Below, one piece after another: positions 33,701 to 34,441 of a stretch of DNA of 34,441 nucleotides; the first letter of the stretch is position 1, and each line of letters starts with the position of its first letter. Source of the stretch: an uncultured Solibacteraceae bacterium (lineage in GTDB: Bacteria > Acidobacteriota > Terriglobia > Bryobacterales > Bryobacteraceae). Under the pieces are notes generated by a model. The model worked only from the letters and a program-made list of their open reading frames with translations. It did no database searches and was not told the origin of the DNA. Location: NCBI GenBank assembly GCA_964406685.1, contig CAYOTD010000001.1, positions 1 through 34,441 on the forward strand. Direction: 5' to 3'. A program made the position numbers and the translations under genes.

Positions 33701-33967
33701 GCTGTGGACGAATCTCCGGAAGCCCGACGCTTCCACCGTGACCTCGTACTGGCCCAGATTGAGATTGTGCACTTCGTAGTTGCCGAGATCGTTCGTCTGG
33801 GTCACGAACTTGGTGTTCTGTCCGGTATTCCTCACGGTCACCGTGGCCTGTGGCACCACCGCCCCGGTGGAGTCGCGGACCGTCCCCTGCAAGGTACCCA
33901 GCGTAGACTGGGCCTGTAGAACAAGACATGTGACGGCGAACGCCGCCAGCAACCGTAGTAGTCGCAT
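30704..33967 (-). CDS. TonB-dependent receptor with carboxypeptidase-regulatory-like domain (paralogue 3)
   Basis: Internal start of ORF 30704..34147. ATG 33967 (MRLLRLLAAFAVTCLVLQAQ) has AAGGA 5 nt upstream; the in-frame ATG at 33973 is an alternative. CarboxypepD_reg pattern GTVRDSTGAVV...NDLGNYEV...YEVTVEASGF. C-terminal ...ARFEF. The upstream 58 codons of the ORF are a structured leader, not coding. Confidence 0.9.
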   Translation of the reverse strand: MRLLRLLAAFAVTCLVLQAQSTLGTLQGTVRDSTGAVVPQATVTVRNTGQNTKFVTQTNDLGNYEVHNLNLGQYEVTVEASGFRRFVHSGTELNARQVVRVDARLEVGTTQAEVTVTAGSPVISTETATIDDARTQRDILSLPVAFRAGNTSLVNFIALSPGVQIRGSSQNNFSVSGSRQSQNEVSVDGISTLGMRNHDVPAETFPSAENVREIRISSVASGAEFQGAANVDTISKSGENQFHGSLFEYHQNGAFDARNFFSTSVPFKVANTFGGSLGGPLIVPGYNGRNRTFFFIDYEANRNTAKAVLSPTVPSLALRRGDFSQVSGLTLKDLTGTPFPGNVIPASRLSATSLKLQEFYPAPNYGPETLLSANYRGSFPARIKSDQFDIRLDHYFTPKHFVYTRFSFKNLQNGTSNFSLPTIGPSRQTPHVRMLVFSDSYTLTPNLINEFRAGFSRVWRRVEGPFNGPEIIRQLGIQGLAADLPDRPGFPQISITGFTTLSQASFDNEFSGTGEFQEHMTYTRGAHTMKWGAGVRLLRVTNITNVSGAGMFGNFTFNNSYTGNAYGDFLLGVPTTTQRIIARRRAEGFTRNWSFFWQDDWKVSPRLTFNYGLRYEYHPPFRDRFGYISNFDHANGRVVVPTKGIDATEPVFRATIGDTPIVTASAAGLPESLRKKDLNNFAPRLGFAFRPFRDNRTVARGGFGIFVNDLIGSVFGSTRNIHTASTETFSNKVSGGVPYLSFPRAFPDTIVTGVADFRSAVQIDMRNPYTAQWHFTLEREILANTGVRLSYIGSRSVKLVQQWDYNQPWPSTTPFEKSRAPFPLWNTIFCRVNGQTAKFHSFQAEFDRRMSRGLSVQSSFAWTRNLSNGGDGNEGGSLIENSYDRTREYSNVEYARPLRWLTLWVYEIPVGRGRAALGQAPRWADAIIGGWDLSGILLFQSGYWFTPTFSGYDPANTNGTTRTSTFRPDRIRDGNLPAGERTIVRWFDASAFVAVPRNAGRFGTSAPYILQGPGMAVWSGGLSKRIRLDEKRSFRLMGTFQNLANHPNFANPSANISSTSSVGRITSTLSGEGAGARTLELSARFEF

Positions 33968-33979
33968 AGTCATCCTTAT

Positions 33980-34087
33980 GCCGGTTCTCGCACCGGCAGG
34001 AAGTTCTGCCCTGAACTTCGCGGGTGGGTGTCCCGCGAGAGACAATGTGATAGGTGGTCCACTGTCACGCGGGCGGTCCCCGTGACA
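33980..34087 (-). other. Structured GC-rich 5' leader of TBDR paralogue 3 (four predicted hairpins)
   Basis: Stems in plus-strand coordinates: 34063-34069/34081-34087 (7 bp, extendable by GGG/CCC); 34018-34024/34032-34038 (7 bp); 33995-33999/34006-34010 (5 bp); 33980-33985/33992-33997 (6 bp, ending 2 nt before the AAGGA ribosome-binding site). Confidence 0.4.
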
Positions 34088-34094
34088 CCAGATC

Positions 34095-34123
34095 ATTGTG
34101 TTCGATGTTGCTCGAATAGTCAA
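34095..34123 (-). promoter_or_regulatory. Candidate sigma70-type promoter of TBDR paralogue 3: TTGACT-N17-CACAAT
   Basis: On the reverse strand, TTGACT is at 34123..34118 and CACAAT at 34100..34095, with a 17-nt spacer. The hexamers and spacing are identical to copy A. Confidence 0.45.
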
Positions 34124-34136
34124 ACGATTTTTGGAA

Positions 34137-34157
34137 TCGGTCAACATGCTTGACCGA
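34137..34157. promoter_or_regulatory. Perfect 8-bp-arm palindrome TCGGTCAA-CATGC-TTGACCGA centred about 60 nt upstream of the predicted TSS (candidate transcription-factor site)
   Basis: The arms are exact reverse complements. The equivalent site in copy A (30639..30659, TCGGGCAA-TTCGT-GTGACCGA) keeps 6 of 8 arm pairs at the same spacing. Confidence 0.5.
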
Positions 34158-34188
34158 GTTCAGTATCTCGGTTACCCTGGACTCGACG

Positions 34189-34441
34189 ATGCTCAACTCA
34201 CCTTTCGACGTCGCCGTGGTCGGCGGAGGAGTGGTCGGCTGCGCGATGGCGCGCCGCTTCGCCCTGGAAGGCGCGGCCGTAGTATTGCTGGAGAAGACCT
34301 CCGACATCCTGGCCGGGGCCAGCAAGGCCAACAGCGCGCTGCTCCACACCGGGTTCGACGCGACACCGGGCAGTCTGGAACAGGCTTGCGTTCGCGAAGG
34401 CTATCGGGAATACATGGCCGTCCGTGAGCGCCTCAACCTGC
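34189..34441 (+). CDS. FAD-dependent oxidoreductase (DAO family; glycerol-3-phosphate dehydrogenase/oxidase-like), N-terminal part; runs off the right edge
   Basis: Absent from the ORF track because there is no stop in the window. ATG 34189 reads MLNSPFDVAVVGGGVVGCAMARRFALEGAAVVLLEKTSDILAGASKANSALLHTGFDATPGSLEQ... This gives the dinucleotide-binding GxGxxG, an acidic residue at the end of beta-2, and an SKANS..H.GFD block. Confidence 0.75.
   Translation, partial: MLNSPFDVAVVGGGVVGCAMARRFALEGAAVVLLEKTSDILAGASKANSALLHTGFDATPGSLEQACVREGYREYMAVRERLNL

Larger units (their letters stand above)
34085..34176 (-). repeat. Copy B of the ~92-nt conserved upstream module (upstream of TBDR paralogue 3)
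   Basis: See copy A. The order and spacing of all conserved blocks are the same: TAACCG, TCGGTCA, CCGATTC, TTGACTA, GCAAnATCGAACACAATGATCTGGTGT (gene orientation). Confidence 0.85.

Noticed and set aside
33974-34147. N-terminal extensions offered by the ORF track. These include MLTDSKNRL... before the TBDR signal peptide, and likewise 904..1164, 2660..3385, 7872..8321, 9724..9786, 18502..18978, 21013..21081 and 21211..21231.
   Set aside because: The extensions overlap upstream genes out of frame, or they cover promoter and leader DNA. The internal starts have SDs and/or place signal peptides or conserved N-termini correctly.
26914-34188. Possibility that tRNA-Thr marks an integrated genomic island carrying the two tandem TBDR genes.
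   Set aside because: There is no integrase, recombinase or excisionase. I could find no direct repeat of the tRNA 3' end downstream. The cargo is typical core-like acidobacterial TBDR content.
34098-34427. A 109-aa plus-strand ORF and a 94-aa minus-strand ORF (34065..34349) at the right edge.
   Set aside because: A different plus-strand frame starting at 34189 encodes a textbook FAD-binding GxGxxG N-terminus. The listed ORFs are Arg-rich shadows.
1-34441. Scanned for CRISPR-like regularly spaced repeats, IS/transposase ORFs, rRNA, and toxin-antitoxin-sized gene pairs.
   Set aside because: None were seen. The only non-coding repeat found is the 92-nt TBDR upstream module, and all small ORFs in the track overlap larger motif-bearing genes.

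Overview
High-GC chromosomal segment (about two-thirds G+C by eye). It is most consistent with an Acidobacteriota genome: it carries an ADOP-type duplicated orphan permease and three CarboxypepD_reg-type TonB-dependent receptors (TBDRs). All calls rest on reading the six-frame track and the DNA by hand and on motifs recalled from memory; no searches were run.

Layout:
- 1-6559, minus strand, housekeeping: a partial ACS-type MFS transporter, a stand-alone JAMM/MPN+ metalloprotease, a TrmJ-like SpoU methyltransferase, korB/korA (2-oxoacid:ferredoxin oxidoreductase) and speA.
- 6617-18907, a glycan-utilisation-style locus: ketose 3-epimerase-like TIM barrel, SDR, Tat-exported Cys-type sulfatase, an interposed ADOP permease, ACS-type MFS, DHDPS/NAL-family lyase, an 868-aa Tat-exported protein with a clan GH-A-like NEP motif, and a Tat-exported heparinase II/III-like protein.
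- 18979-21012: an orphan lysozyme-like (SLT-motif) protein with atypical codon usage, convergent with a membrane-anchored winged-helix-like regulator.
- 21232-33967: TBDR plus tandem alpha/beta-hydrolase operon, tRNA-Thr(CGU), then two tandem TBDR paralogues.
- 34189-end: a partial FAD-dependent oxidoreductase.

No rRNA, CRISPR array, transposase or integrase was seen.

Strongest signals not explained by the genes:
- an ungapped ~92-nt non-coding module, with a 22-nt identical core, -35/-10-like boxes and nested inverted repeats, repeated upstream of the two tandem TBDR genes;
- a four-hairpin ~115-nt leader present on only one of those genes;
- -10-like hexamers exactly 7 nt upstream of SD-less start codons, including a 20-bp divergent gap, which suggests leaderless mRNAs;
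- a TBDR-coupled tandem hydrolase whose second module has lost the nucleophile serine;
- an uncharacterised large Tat-exported putative glycosidase.

The many very long Arg/Ala/Gly-rich ORFs in the track are rejected as high-GC antisense or out-of-frame artefacts.
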